Assembly: GCF_033153115.1 (NCBI RefSeq)
Contig: NW_026889833.1
Location: forward strand, 1,178,001-1,242,000
DNA: 64,000 nucleotides
Source of the DNA: Saccostrea echinata
Lineage: Eukaryota
Direction of reading: 5' to 3'
A model generated the notes under the pieces. That model ran no database searches, was not told the DNA's origin, and saw only the letters and a program-made list of their open reading frames with translations. The stretch's first letter is position 1, and each line of letters opens with the position of its first letter. The translations under genes and the position numbers were made by a program. Of this stretch, positions 13,781-26,200 are shown piece after piece.

Positions 13781-13895
13781 AGTTCCTCAGAACTTAAACA
13801 TCACTCCTCAGAATTGAGGACCACACTCTCAGCCAATCACTCCTCAGATTTGAGGACCACAGCCTCAGCCAAGCCTTGCTCCTCCACTCTGAGGA
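13781..13895. repeat. ~36-bp tandem duplication spanning the stop codon of the giant gene
   Basis: tcactcctcaga(a/t)ttgaggaccaca..ctcagccaa occurs twice, with degenerate copies on either side. Confidence 0.8.
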
Positions 13896-14202
13896 CGTAA
13901 AAGCTTGTTTAGAACCTTCGGAGAGGGAACTGTCTTCTGCATATAAGGACTTTTTAACAACTGGACATAATGAGAAGGTGCCTGGGTGACATTGGAGGCA
14001 GAAAATGGACGTTGGTTGACAGAAATCTTTTTGTGTCGTTTTGGACTGCGAGGACGCTTCTTCATGAAGATTCTGTCAATGGGAGGGTCAGCATTTGTGG
14101 GGGAATCTGCCCTTTTGGGAGAGTGAGGACGACGTTCCTCTATGTATCGTGGTGCTGACAGAGCTGAAGTAGAACTCTCTCTTACCAACTGCAAAACTGG
14201 CT
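13865..14202 (-). CDS. Giant gene: terminal coding exon (basic, Ser/Pro/Arg-rich tail)
   Basis: Acceptor ttttccag at 14203, in frame with the previous exon; ends RPQSGGARLG*. A candidate polyA signal lies at ~12885 (tttatt on +). Confidence 0.85.
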
Positions 14203-17200
14203 CTGGAAAAAAGAAACATTGAAATATGGCTTTAAAATCATTTCAAGAACCTCTAAAAGGAATCAGAATCTTTAATTTACTTAACAATAGGATAAAAATA
14301 AGAACAATTGTAAATCTGAGCTACAGTTAAAATTTTTGGGATACCTTTCTTTTGCAAGATAGTTATTTGGTATTCATAACGTACAGTAAATAATGAATAT
14401 GGCTCCTTATATTATTTGATACAAAAAAAAAAAGGAAAAAAAAAGTTTAAAATGTGGTTCTCAATTATGAAGTTCAAATGATGCTTCTTTGAAAATCTGC
14501 ATTGATTTGATTCAAAGCGTAAGTTGAAGCAACCAGTAACAATTTAGAACATATTATCAAACTTTCCAAATTTTAATTAAATTGTCACGTCTTGAGATCC
14601 TTTTTACTTCGGGAAACACAGACTTGCCTGTCTGAGATTTTCATAAACAAGATTTATTTGATACAAGTGCATGAAAATATGTCAATCTGGTAGACAGGCA
14701 AGCTTGTGCTTTATGTTTTCTGAAACAGTATGTGCAAAAAATAAAATGAGAAAGTTCTGAATTTGACAAATTTCTAGACCATCCTGTCACCTCTGTATAT
14801 GACATCACTTGAAATCAATATCATTTTGAAACAGTTTTTGATTATGAACTATTGCAAAATTGTGAGAAACCCCCAAAACAAGGAGCCAAAAAGGGGGTCT
14901 TACCTAGAGACTCATCATCAATTGTCATATCATTTTTACAAGAGTCACACTGGAATACAGGACAACCCACTCCTTGAACCTCACTGAACGTGTGCCTCAT
15001 AAAGGCAGCAAAAGATGCGTAGTCATAGGCACTGTAACGACCATGCCAAGCAATGTAACCTAAAAATCAAGTCAAGAAATTATTTTTTACCACTTAAAAT
15101 TCTGGTCAATTTGAAAGCTTTTCTTCAATTGTCATTTTATCCAGTAGTTTTTTTTTTTTTTTTTTTTGATGAGCCACAAGAATGTATTTGATATAGACAG
15201 TATGTCATTGGTTGGTACAGGTCCAAAAAATCAGTACTAATTTTACATATACTAATAGTGAATTTATAAATAATCCCTTACCATCTGCATGAATAAACAG
15301 GAAAGTAGGCACACCAGCTATTCCCAGAATTTCTGTCAAATCTACGTGCTTTTTGCCATTCTCTATATCATTCCTGGGAGCAGATCCTTGTTGAAGAAAA
15401 AAAGAAACAATTGAAATCATGAAGAAAATTTCAAATTTCAAGTTTAAATTAAAAATCAATGATACAACTAGTAAAAGAAAAAGTTTATTGCATGGGTTAA
15501 AAGATAAATCTACCCAAAATTCCTTACCTGCAGTACTGTTTTTCCAGACACTGCTAGCTTCATCAATGGGGGATGCACACTGGCTTGTACAATGCCAAAT
15601 TACACCTTGTTCCCTCCAGCCATTGGATGTAATGGAGTGGATCAAGGATTTTCTGTCTGAGGCGTGGTTAGCTTCCACTCCACAGGAAACAGCGATAAAG
15701 TTATACTGAAAGTACACAAGAGTAGCCTCTGAGTACGCTTTCTGTTATTAGTGCAAATCTAACCACATGAGAGAAAAAAAATGATTAATTTTGTAAAACA
15801 CTGGGTTTATAACCATCTTTTTTTTTGTGTTGACCTTTTCTAAATAACAGTTCGTAGTTGCTTTATTACCTCAGAAGCTCCTTCTCTGGCAAAACGTGCA
15901 TAATGTGACATGACTTTCTGAGATCCATGACACCTGATAAAAGAAATTTAATCAAATTAAAATAATAAAGGAAATATTTTACCTACAATCTCGATATAAA
16001 ATTTTGATTCACCAATGAATCTTAAGTTTATAACTTAGCACTAAAGAGGCAAGAAGTCATTTTAGTTCATTTCACGAAATGATTGTCCAAAATCTTTCAA
16101 ACAATTAAGAAGTTTTCCACAATTACAGAAAATAATGCCAACCCATTTTTTCAGTTTTACAACTAACCATGGTGTCCAGAAGAGTATGGCAGTTGGGAAC
16201 TGTTTGTTGTGAGTCCCTAGGAAGGGTTTGTAGTCTCCCTGGAATATGTCTAGCAGGCTGCAGGCTGGGGGAGGGACTTTGCGTTTTAAGAGGCCCTGAT
16301 TGGCTAGTTTTTTGGCTAACTGTCGCTCATACATCACAGAGTCCTGATACTTGCAGCACCCCTGATTTGGCCACCTGGAAAAAGAAATTTTGAAGTATAT
16401 TATTACAAAACTTCCATCTTAATTTCTAAACAGCTCTAAGAGTTCAGCATTTCCTAAATTTTCGAAAGTTTTTGCGAGAAATGAAAATTAAAACATTATT
16501 CTACAGGATACATGAATATGTAAATCTTGGATTTTATCTAATAAACAGGAAAGTTGTCCAATTTTAGTAAATTTCTAAGTTCTCATATATCTGTACATAA
16601 ATTTACCTTGCATTTTGATTATGAATACTGTGATAGCAGTAGAATGAGAAGGGTCTGAAGGTCTCTGACAGAAGATCAACAGCGTTTGATTCGGCACTGG
16701 AGGCCTGCGGTTTGTCTGACACAGACACCATAGTCAATTTGTAGATTGGCTGCTCTGTTCCAAGCTAAAACATTCAAACAAATTAAATACTGTTGACACT
16801 GTAATGGTTTTGATTGAAAGTTTATAAAATTTCTTTGCATGTACATCTAAAAAATCAAGATTGCAAAGCATTCTTTTGGCTCAAATCTTTCAGAAAATCG
16901 ATATATTTCAATGTTTACTGACAGTAAAACCTATGCACTTTATTTACTTCAAACCTCATTTGAGAATTTAAATGATTTTTCTTATATATACAGAACCATT
17001 TCAAAGTGTTATTATTTTTAAGTCAGTACTCTTCATTAATTGTCATCAGCATAAATTAAAAATTGTTACATGTAATACAAGCAAGTACATTTACCTTGAT
17101 GCGAACTTGTTTGACTCCCTCATGCATGGTATTTCCATACTGTTTCCCATCAATCAGAACTTTAAATCCTGACACACTTGTCTCACTCTGCCTCTGAGGA

Positions 17201-20200
17201 CAAGACCAACTGACATGGGCAATCAGCTGCCCTGTATAATGTTCCAGGGCACTGAAGCAGTGTTCCAGAATTTCCTCTATCCTGGATAATGTGTGGGCTC
17301 CCTCAATCACTCCCCTATTCTTCTCTGCTCTCAATGGATTTGATAAAGCACCAATTTCTTTTAGTTTATGACCAACTTTTCTTATTAATCTGAAATTTAT
17401 AGAAATTTCTGTAACCTCTATTATCTAGTCCCCTTTCACTATGGCACATTGTATCCTGTTATACTTAGTTGATAAGACTGAAATCAAAAGTAGTTACCTA
17501 TCCCTCTTGTTGACTAGATCACATGTAAGTCTCTCCAGAGCCCTGCGTTCATCCAATCCAACAACTGTAACAGTAACCAGGGGTGGATCCGGGGCAGGTG
17601 CAGGGGCCACATGTAGAGGCTCAGAGCACACCACATCACCAGTGTTGTACAGCTTAAATTGAAAATTATACCCTTATTGTAACCCAATAAAATTCAATAT
17701 AAATCTTCCAGAATTAAAGACATTTCTTTATAAAACACAGAACTTGAGAATTCAGTAGATTAATTACATGTTAGAATATAATTATTCAACATATTAAACA
17801 TCAGCATGTAGTACATACATGTACTTCTAAGAAGATGCTGTATGATCCTCTCTTAAGGTTCTTGAACTCTGCCTCTCTGGTGTTAGGATGAATTGGTCCA
17901 ATGGAGGGTGTCACTTCCTTTTCTGTGTCACGTTCCACACAAACAGCCTAAGACATTAACAGTGGAAACACAAAATTATTCCCAAATGTCAGCTTAACAT
18001 AAAACAAATCAAGATCTATCAAGAAATCCATTTATCAGGGGTATTCACCTTCATTTTTCAAGGAAAACTATTCTAACAAATTGAAATTTCTCTTTGATAA
18101 AATATGAAAGTGAAAATACTGACCCTGAAATGTTTGACCTTGACCCCTTCTGTGAGGTAAGGATCATCCCAAGCAATTCTGACACAAGAACTGCTGTGGG
18201 TGGCAAGTCGTTTCAGTGCTGGGGCCTTACATCCTGGCCAAACCACCACTAGGGGTTCCGAAACTTTGCTGTGGAGTTTTTCGAAAGAAGTCAGGGCTTG
18301 CACTTGGAAAGCATATTCCTGGCACCATTTCCCATGTGTGAAGGTAAAGCTCATCTGCTCTGCATTCAATATGGCCTCAACAATGCCATTTACGTACACC
18401 TTGTAGCCTGTTACTAAGGCGTCTCCATATGTGTTGGGTTTCTCCCACTGTACTGCTATGTACCGGAAGTTGCAAGCTCTACAAGATGAAAATTAATGTT
18501 AGTAAAGTAGAACATGTAAATCAAATCAAGTGTCATATTTCAGCACAATTTGTAAATTCAACATGGCCCAAGGACAACAACAGACTTTTACTGTTTTTTC
18601 TGTTTAAAAAATTTGATCCTTTCTATATCCCACCTATAATCCCCAAAACCATGATTTGATATATTCTATACTGTAGATTCCTAAATATACGCGAGGAATA
18701 AATTATCGCGTCATTACGCGAGAAGCACCACTCGCGAAATAAAATTACTCGCTTTTATTTTTATGGTGCTTTAATGTATGTAAAATCTCTTGATAAATCA
18801 CCGATTCGCGAATTATTGTTCTCGCGGTTTGACGCCCTTGGGTCACTTCGCGATATTAAGTACTCGCGTAAAATAAGGAATTTAAAGTATCTTTGTTCAT
18901 GGAGATGCTTGCATATCAGTTGCCTATATAACCATCTTATTACTGTTCTTGAAAAGAGGATATTTAAATTTTTTTCGTAAACATTCTAGGTATAACACTT
19001 TGACCCAATCCTAGCACTTGTCCGTGAATTGAATAAAAATCTAATCTACATCATATATTAAAGGAAGCTTTCACAACAATTTTGTTTTAGCTTAGTAGTT
19101 TTTGAGAGGGTTTTATAATATTCCCATTCTATTTTAAATTCACTGCTGGTGTTTTGAATGGGAAAAAGAACATACGGTTTGATGGACTGAATCCCTTTTA
19201 CCCAAGGATGCTTTATGACAAGTTTGGTTAAAATTGGCCTGTGGGTCTCAAAATTGTGAAAAGACAGATATTTTACAGGTAACTTCAACCAGAAAACCTC
19301 ACTTGAGCCTTTGTCTTAGGTAAACTTAAAAACACTAAAAAAGACCACCATTGCATATTAAGGAAATCACATTGCATGTGATTCTTAATTAATTGACTTG
19401 TACCTGACAGACAGAATTGGAGCATCTGGTGGAGCTGAAGTCTGAATGGTCAATTGTTTGGACTTCTCCAGAATCTGTCCGTCAGCATCAATAGCAATTA
19501 GTCGGACAAAGTGAGTGGTCCCAGGCAGACAGTTGTTAATTACACAGCTACTGTCCTTATCTGAGAGTTTGACCTCTCTTTGCTGGAAAGAAAATCATAG
19601 TGACCTTTCATTCATCACAACTGTTAAAGGTAACACCAACCAAACTGAAAAACTGACTAATGACTTAAGTTTATACATCAGTCTATAAATCAGTAAACTA
19701 AATAACCAAAAGCCAATGAATTTTTGACAAATATACTACACATATTATGATTTTTACTACATGAAGGAATATTTCAAAACAATACTGTACATTCATAAAT
19801 TTTAAGTGTGATCTTTTTATACAAACATATGCCATATGTGTCCTATTTAGTGTATTCAGTTTTCTTAAGAACTTTAAAGTTTTCTACCCTTTTAAGGAAG
19901 ATTAAAGCCTTTTTAGCAGTAATAGCTCTAAAACTGATAAGTCACAATGTTTCCTTTACATTTTAATAACTGTCACATATTTTTCACCTTGTATGGTATA
20001 CTAAATTTGCTTTGATTTTCATAATTTCATTTCTCTCTCATCTTTTGTTAGAGAATTATCAATATTACAGCAAAGTTTCATTTCCCCTTAATTCTTCTCT
20101 AAGAGTTACATACTGCTGGTTGGGCCACACTGCTCCACTGAATTTTATATCCTGTTACCCCCTCTGTCTCTATGAAGTTGGACCAGTCCAATTGTATGGA

Positions 20201-23200
20201 GGTTTCTGTGATGGTAGTGACCTTGACTGGAATCATGTCCTGATCCTCCCGGATCATATCCTCCCCTGACAGAAGGCGGGGGGAGTGGGGGGAGGTGCTG
20301 ACCAGTAGCATGTTAGAGAAGGATGAGTCGCTGTAGAATGAGTTGTCACTTAAGGCCACCAGCTGTACTTTGTAGTTCCTGCAAGTCAAAAGTAATGAAA
20401 TGTATATATGTACTTACCAGAAATGTTTTGTCTACCTTTTTCACATTTCAAGGCATGATAATCATACAAGAGTACTAAGACATTTTTCTATTTTAGAGAC
20501 TTTCTTTAGCAACGTGTGAGATCCTCGATATTTATACTTGTTAATCCCTCCCCACTTCCACCTTCAAAAAAAAAACCCTACATCTCCAGCATATCAGATA
20601 ATTTTTTTAAAGAAAAACCTTAAAATAATAGATGTGAAAGTGCATAGTCCTAAAGCCAGTATTAATTTTTTCACAAGAAGTTGTTAATTAAGTTTTACTG
20701 AAACACTTACTTATTTGGACGGCATGGTATTACGGCCTTGCGATGAGAATTACTAAGTTCATTTCCCACTTTCTTGTCATTCAAATATACCTTCAAATGA
20801 AAGAATAGAAAAAAAAGACAGGTTACAAATTTCGTTCAATCTTGTACGAAAGAAATCCGATCAAATCTCTATCCCAAATAAAACACAGAAAATACGTCCA
20901 TGATAAGAAAGTTTATCTTCAATAATAAATTAAAATCTTGACAGTGTATCACTTAACAATGAAAGAGGTGATAAACAAAAGTTCTCCAAATCAATATCTG
21001 TCAAAAGATCTGGATAAAGAGAATTATTATTGACATGGTTGCTATGGAGATATTAAGGAAGCCATCTTAAAATGAAGTGCCACTGTGGAACCATGTTGCT
21101 ACAAGGATTCTTAATGTCAAAACACTTGAGCTTATGGGGAAAAAAAAATCAAATACACCTTATCAGAGAGAAAGAAAATAGAGAGCACTAGACAATCAGA
21201 TAGGGGACTGTTCAGATAACATTGATCTGTTACCTAAGCCTTATGAGTGTTTACCAGTAACCTGTCAAACACTGGAGTTGAACATTAAACATGCATGTAC
21301 AAAATGCTTAGAGAAAATCAAACAACTTTCTTCTATGACAACTGGGCATATTTCATTGTTTCAGAAGGGTCAAAATTTGGGTCAGTTATGTTTCTTCTAT
21401 TAAATGATTGATTAACATGTATGTTGTTGATTAACACACTATAAAGAATTTCATTGTAAATATGAATTTAAAATATTCAACCCATTTTTAGAATTTTCAA
21501 ATTGAGCATGCACAAATCAACAAATTTATTATGACAAAAGAGAAATAAGAATTTAACAGAGATTATTTTTAGAAAAATTTTAGCACACATTGTACATTGT
21601 AAAAGTGTTCAATGATAAATTTGACAGGTGCTTCTAAAATAAGAGTGGTATACCTGTCAAAGTCTTATCTGAGGTTTCACAAATCTTGTTTAACAATATC
21701 TTGCTTTACAAATTACCTATTAAGGCTATTACATTATGGCAATGTACTATCATCAAGCCCTTATCATTCAACCACCGTAATTCACTACCTATTGATTTCT
21801 TAATCCTAGCTAATACATTTGATTCAATACTTGTCTTCATGGCCTTGAACCTTCCTAGACACTGACCTGGTAACCTCGAACTTTGACCCCTCCAAACAGC
21901 CTAGGTTCTCCCCATTCTATGACAAACTCCTCTGGGCTAACAGACTTCAGAAAGATTTCTGGTGGATCTGGGGGACCAGGAATAACCAGCTGAATTTTCT
22001 GGTTAACCTGGTGCAGGGCATCTGTAAAGTAATCTGGTTCCACTTGGATATCATAAGAGGCCCTATAAAGATATTTCAGGTTAGAATCATATTTATGTCC
22101 AGGATAAAAAAAAAGTACAAATATGTACATAACAACTCAATTTTATTAATAGTATATAAGGAATATTAGTAAAGGAGTAAAACTTGTATTATGTAAATTT
22201 AAATTTCAATGAAAGTATGCATTTTTGATTTTTCTTTTTTAAATAAAACGTAGCAGTCTGCATCCAGAATCTTGTGAGTATCTGAATATAAGTGACACAC
22301 ATAATTGAACTCAGATATGCCTTGCTACTTACTTTAACCTTGTGACCGGTATCAGAGTTTTCCTGGCATCAGGAGTGACAACTCTTGTCTGGACCTGCCT
22401 CTCCTCAGTGTTAGACCAGATAACGTTAAACTGCTTGACGTGAGTGATGACATCACTTCTCTCCCCTTGTGTTTCCCAGCGAAGTTCAATGTCACCAAAT
22501 GTACTGTTGTCTCTATCCTCATCATGCTTGAATGTGCACTCTAAACTCTTGATGTAACCTGGAAGGACAATTGTATATCTTTTGAATGACTGAGGGTATT
22601 TTATTTGTGGTTTCTGAGTGTTACACATCAAGAAGGCTTCTATATCAAGGTTACCAATCCATATTGATCTGATCTTTCAATGATATAACAAGGCATAATT
22701 ATCAACCAGAGAGAGAGAGAGAAAGAGAGAGAGATTTAACTTCTTCTAGCTAGTAATCAGTATGGTATCAAACTTCTACTGAGAGTGAATGTTTATGTCA
22801 ATTCAACTTACCATCTTGGTCCCTGGGAAGGACAACTTCCAGAGGTTCTGAAGGTGAAGGGTCAAGGTTATCCTCATCTTGGAGTAGAGCTGAGTAGTCT
22901 ACCGTCTGTAGACTGACATTTCTGTATACTCCCTTGTACTAAAGAAGAAATCAATCAATATTGATCTTAAAACAATTTTTTTTTTTGCCCTTTTTTTGCT
23001 GCATAAATTTCTGTCAAAGAGACATTTAAGTAATTCATCATTTCCTAGTTTAACACAAGACAGAAAATCAATACACTGCCACACACAGAGCACCCATTCT
23101 ATTATTTACATGAACAATTTAATGTACCAGGTAATATTCAACCACTTTTTAATATCTTTCATTTTCATTTACCCTGATACATGTAGTTTACTCAATACAA

Positions 23201-26200
23201 TATTAATACGATAATGCAGATCAATTTTACTAGGATTTTAATTCATTTTCTAAATAATATTTTTTTCCATTGAAAGCAATCTTGATTCTGGACAATATTG
23301 TACACATTGTACCAGTACCTTCTTTTTGCGGTCTTTCTTTCCTTGGTCAGTACAAGTCAGTGCCACCAGCACCACTCGGTACTTTTTGCCCGGTTTACAC
23401 TTGGTCAGCTGACAACTCTGGGCATTGGGTCCCAAACAGGAATGAAGTCTGTCATTAATTTCCAGTTTATACCCCTCTAAGTACCTCCTGAGATATTTAG
23501 GTCGTCCATCATTCTCCTTGCCAATGACCGACACCAGGGGAGGTTTTTCCCAATACAGCTGGGCAGTGGTTTGGGTGTATCCTGTGATGTATACCCTGGG
23601 GGGCTCCGTTGGAGCCCTAGTTCTAGTGAACAAAGGCTTTGACATCACGTTGGCAGTTCTGCGGTATCGTTGTATATCTTTGTCGTTTTCAGCAGATTCT
23701 AGGGAGGTTTTGATGCTGACCACTGCTTCTACTACAATCTTATATTGTGCCCCAGGGGTCAGGTCTTCAATGGTCACATTATTATCTGCAGGGTCAAGGT
23801 TGATATGGCTGGCCACATACCATTCACTATCACCTTTCTTGGAATTTTTCACATCAGACCATCTGAGAACTTGTCCAATTAACTTATTAGATCCATAAAC
23901 AATCGGTAAAAGCCAGGTCACTGAAAGTCCTGAAGTTGAAGACTCAACGATCTTCAGATTAGCGGGGGGCTCTGTTCCAGCAGTTTTGGCCATGGTGTAA
24001 GTGTTTGGCAGCCATATTGAATCATCAGCAGCAACCATTCTGTCTCTGGGAATGGAACGGACTTTCTTTAGCTTGTGCCTCTCTGGAAGTCTGTCGAAAT
24101 ATTCATCAGTAACTGCCGTGACTCGTAGGACATAGTCTGTCTTCTCTCGCAGGCCTTCAATGTCGGCCCTGCATTCATCTGGTCGTACTTCTACAGACAC
24201 ATGATGAAGGTCACTGGTGTTTATAGACTGAGCATCAATTCGGATAGCTGTAAAGTAAAATGTGCTTGTGCATTTAGAAAATTAATCCTTACATATTTTG
24301 TTACGGTCATAGCGATTACTCAAGGGCAGCTGAAATTGCTTCAGTATGTCAAAAATTTGATATATCCATGCAGTTATTAATTCACGTTTTACTAGCTAGT
24401 ACTTAGTAAAAAAAAAAAGATTAGCTTGTTTTATGCCTTTATTTGTAATGTCCATATTATTTGCCATAAGCCTATTTAATTGCAATTTCTGAAACATGTG
24501 CCATTGAGAAAAGACAGAAAACTTGTTTCTTAAAAAATTATGCTGAGACTTTTTTTTCACTTTTGATGCTCATCAGACCCATAATTCAATTGTATATGCT
24601 TCAATCATAAAATGAATGTTGCACAATTTTCTGAGTTTTTATGTCTGCAAAGGTGGCATTCTGCAATTAATTCTCAAACATTTACACACCTATTATTTCC
24701 ACTCCATGTTCTACAGGTGGATCCCAGACAAGTCTGAGGGCATTACATGTTGAGGCAGCTATCGACAGATTACTGGGCGGGTCAGGTGGGCGGGCCGTTC
24801 TCAGAGTCAGAGGTTCTGATTGGGCGGTTAGGATAAACTTGTTGGTGGTGTCATTTTCTTCTCCTTCAAAACAGAAAATTATTTACATGTATACATAAAA
24901 ATCTTTACTACTTAATAATATTAACTTGAATTTACAAAAATATTAATTCTGAAAAATCATTTTGAATGTAATTGCTTGAAACGATTGATTTTTAATCAAA
25001 TTTACTTATTCAAGAAATTCTCGACAAGAATTAACTGATACTGACCTTCGACCTTGTAATTCTCCATACGTCGTGCCTCAACGACTATGGTGTATGTTGT
25101 TGCTGGATGGAGCCCAGTGATCAGAATATGATCCTCTGAAAATCAAAAAAACAGTACATTTAATTTAACAACATAATGTTGTGTTCACTTATTTATTTAT
25201 TTTTTTATAAAAATCATAAAATTGAATTCCTCCTACCTTTAGTCTCTTCACTCTGGACATCGTTTTTATCGCCACACCACCAGGTCACTACATAATGGTC
25301 AGGACGAACAAAGTGGCCGTGTAGCTTGTCCTCTAAAAATAAAAAAATAATCAAAAACATTATAATTAACTACAAAAAAAGCCTCAACTTGTCCTGAACA
25401 AAGCAACTAAAGTTCAATCCATCAGTTTCAATAATTAAAGCTTATTTATGTTAAGCAAATACAAATTACATTTTGTTTCAATACATGGACATCATATACA
25501 AAAATTCATAAACATTGACCTCACACCCAGAACACATCAAATACATAAAGTATTAATCATAGTACTGTAACCGCTTATCTTGAACTGTATCAAATCTTCA
25601 AGTGCTCTCTGAATAATGATAGATAAAAAGATCTTCAAGCAGCCTGTAAGTTAGGGCAAAATCCAAGTATTCTTGACACACACACAATGATGAAATATGA
25701 TTGAAATTGTCAATGTATGGTCAGAGAATAAAATGGCAAATAAAATGCAGAAAAACTTTTTCAACAATGACAAAGTTCCGTTGGCAACCTTTGGCAGCAA
25801 ATTGCAAGTTATTGACAAGCATGAATAAATAAAGCATATTTCATAACTGTTCATATTAATTAAGTTAACAATGTAAGCTGATCCTTAAAAGAAGTATAAG
25901 TTTACATGATGAAAACAAAGCTCATTCAAAACCAGCTTCCATATTAGTGAATATAAAACTAAAACACAAAGCATTCGATCATCAGGTTCACCTGGGATAG
26001 GTAATTTCAGCTTATCTTGCTCATGGAGATATTGGTTAAGTTCAAAAATATCATCTATAAAAAAATCAAAAGTAAGAAACTCTAAAATGTGAATGCAATT
26101 TAAAATCATTTTTTTTGAATCTGGAAATAAAAGTAACAGAGACAAACAGTATTTCTTCTGTATCTCTCACACAACTGCCATTTTGTTAAAATGTTGTTGA

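Noticed and set aside
23270-23898. Plus-strand ORFs overlapping large exons (also 36567-37022, 39013-40266, 59866-60108)
   Set aside because: Antisense shadows of real minus-strand coding exons; no independent coding signal.
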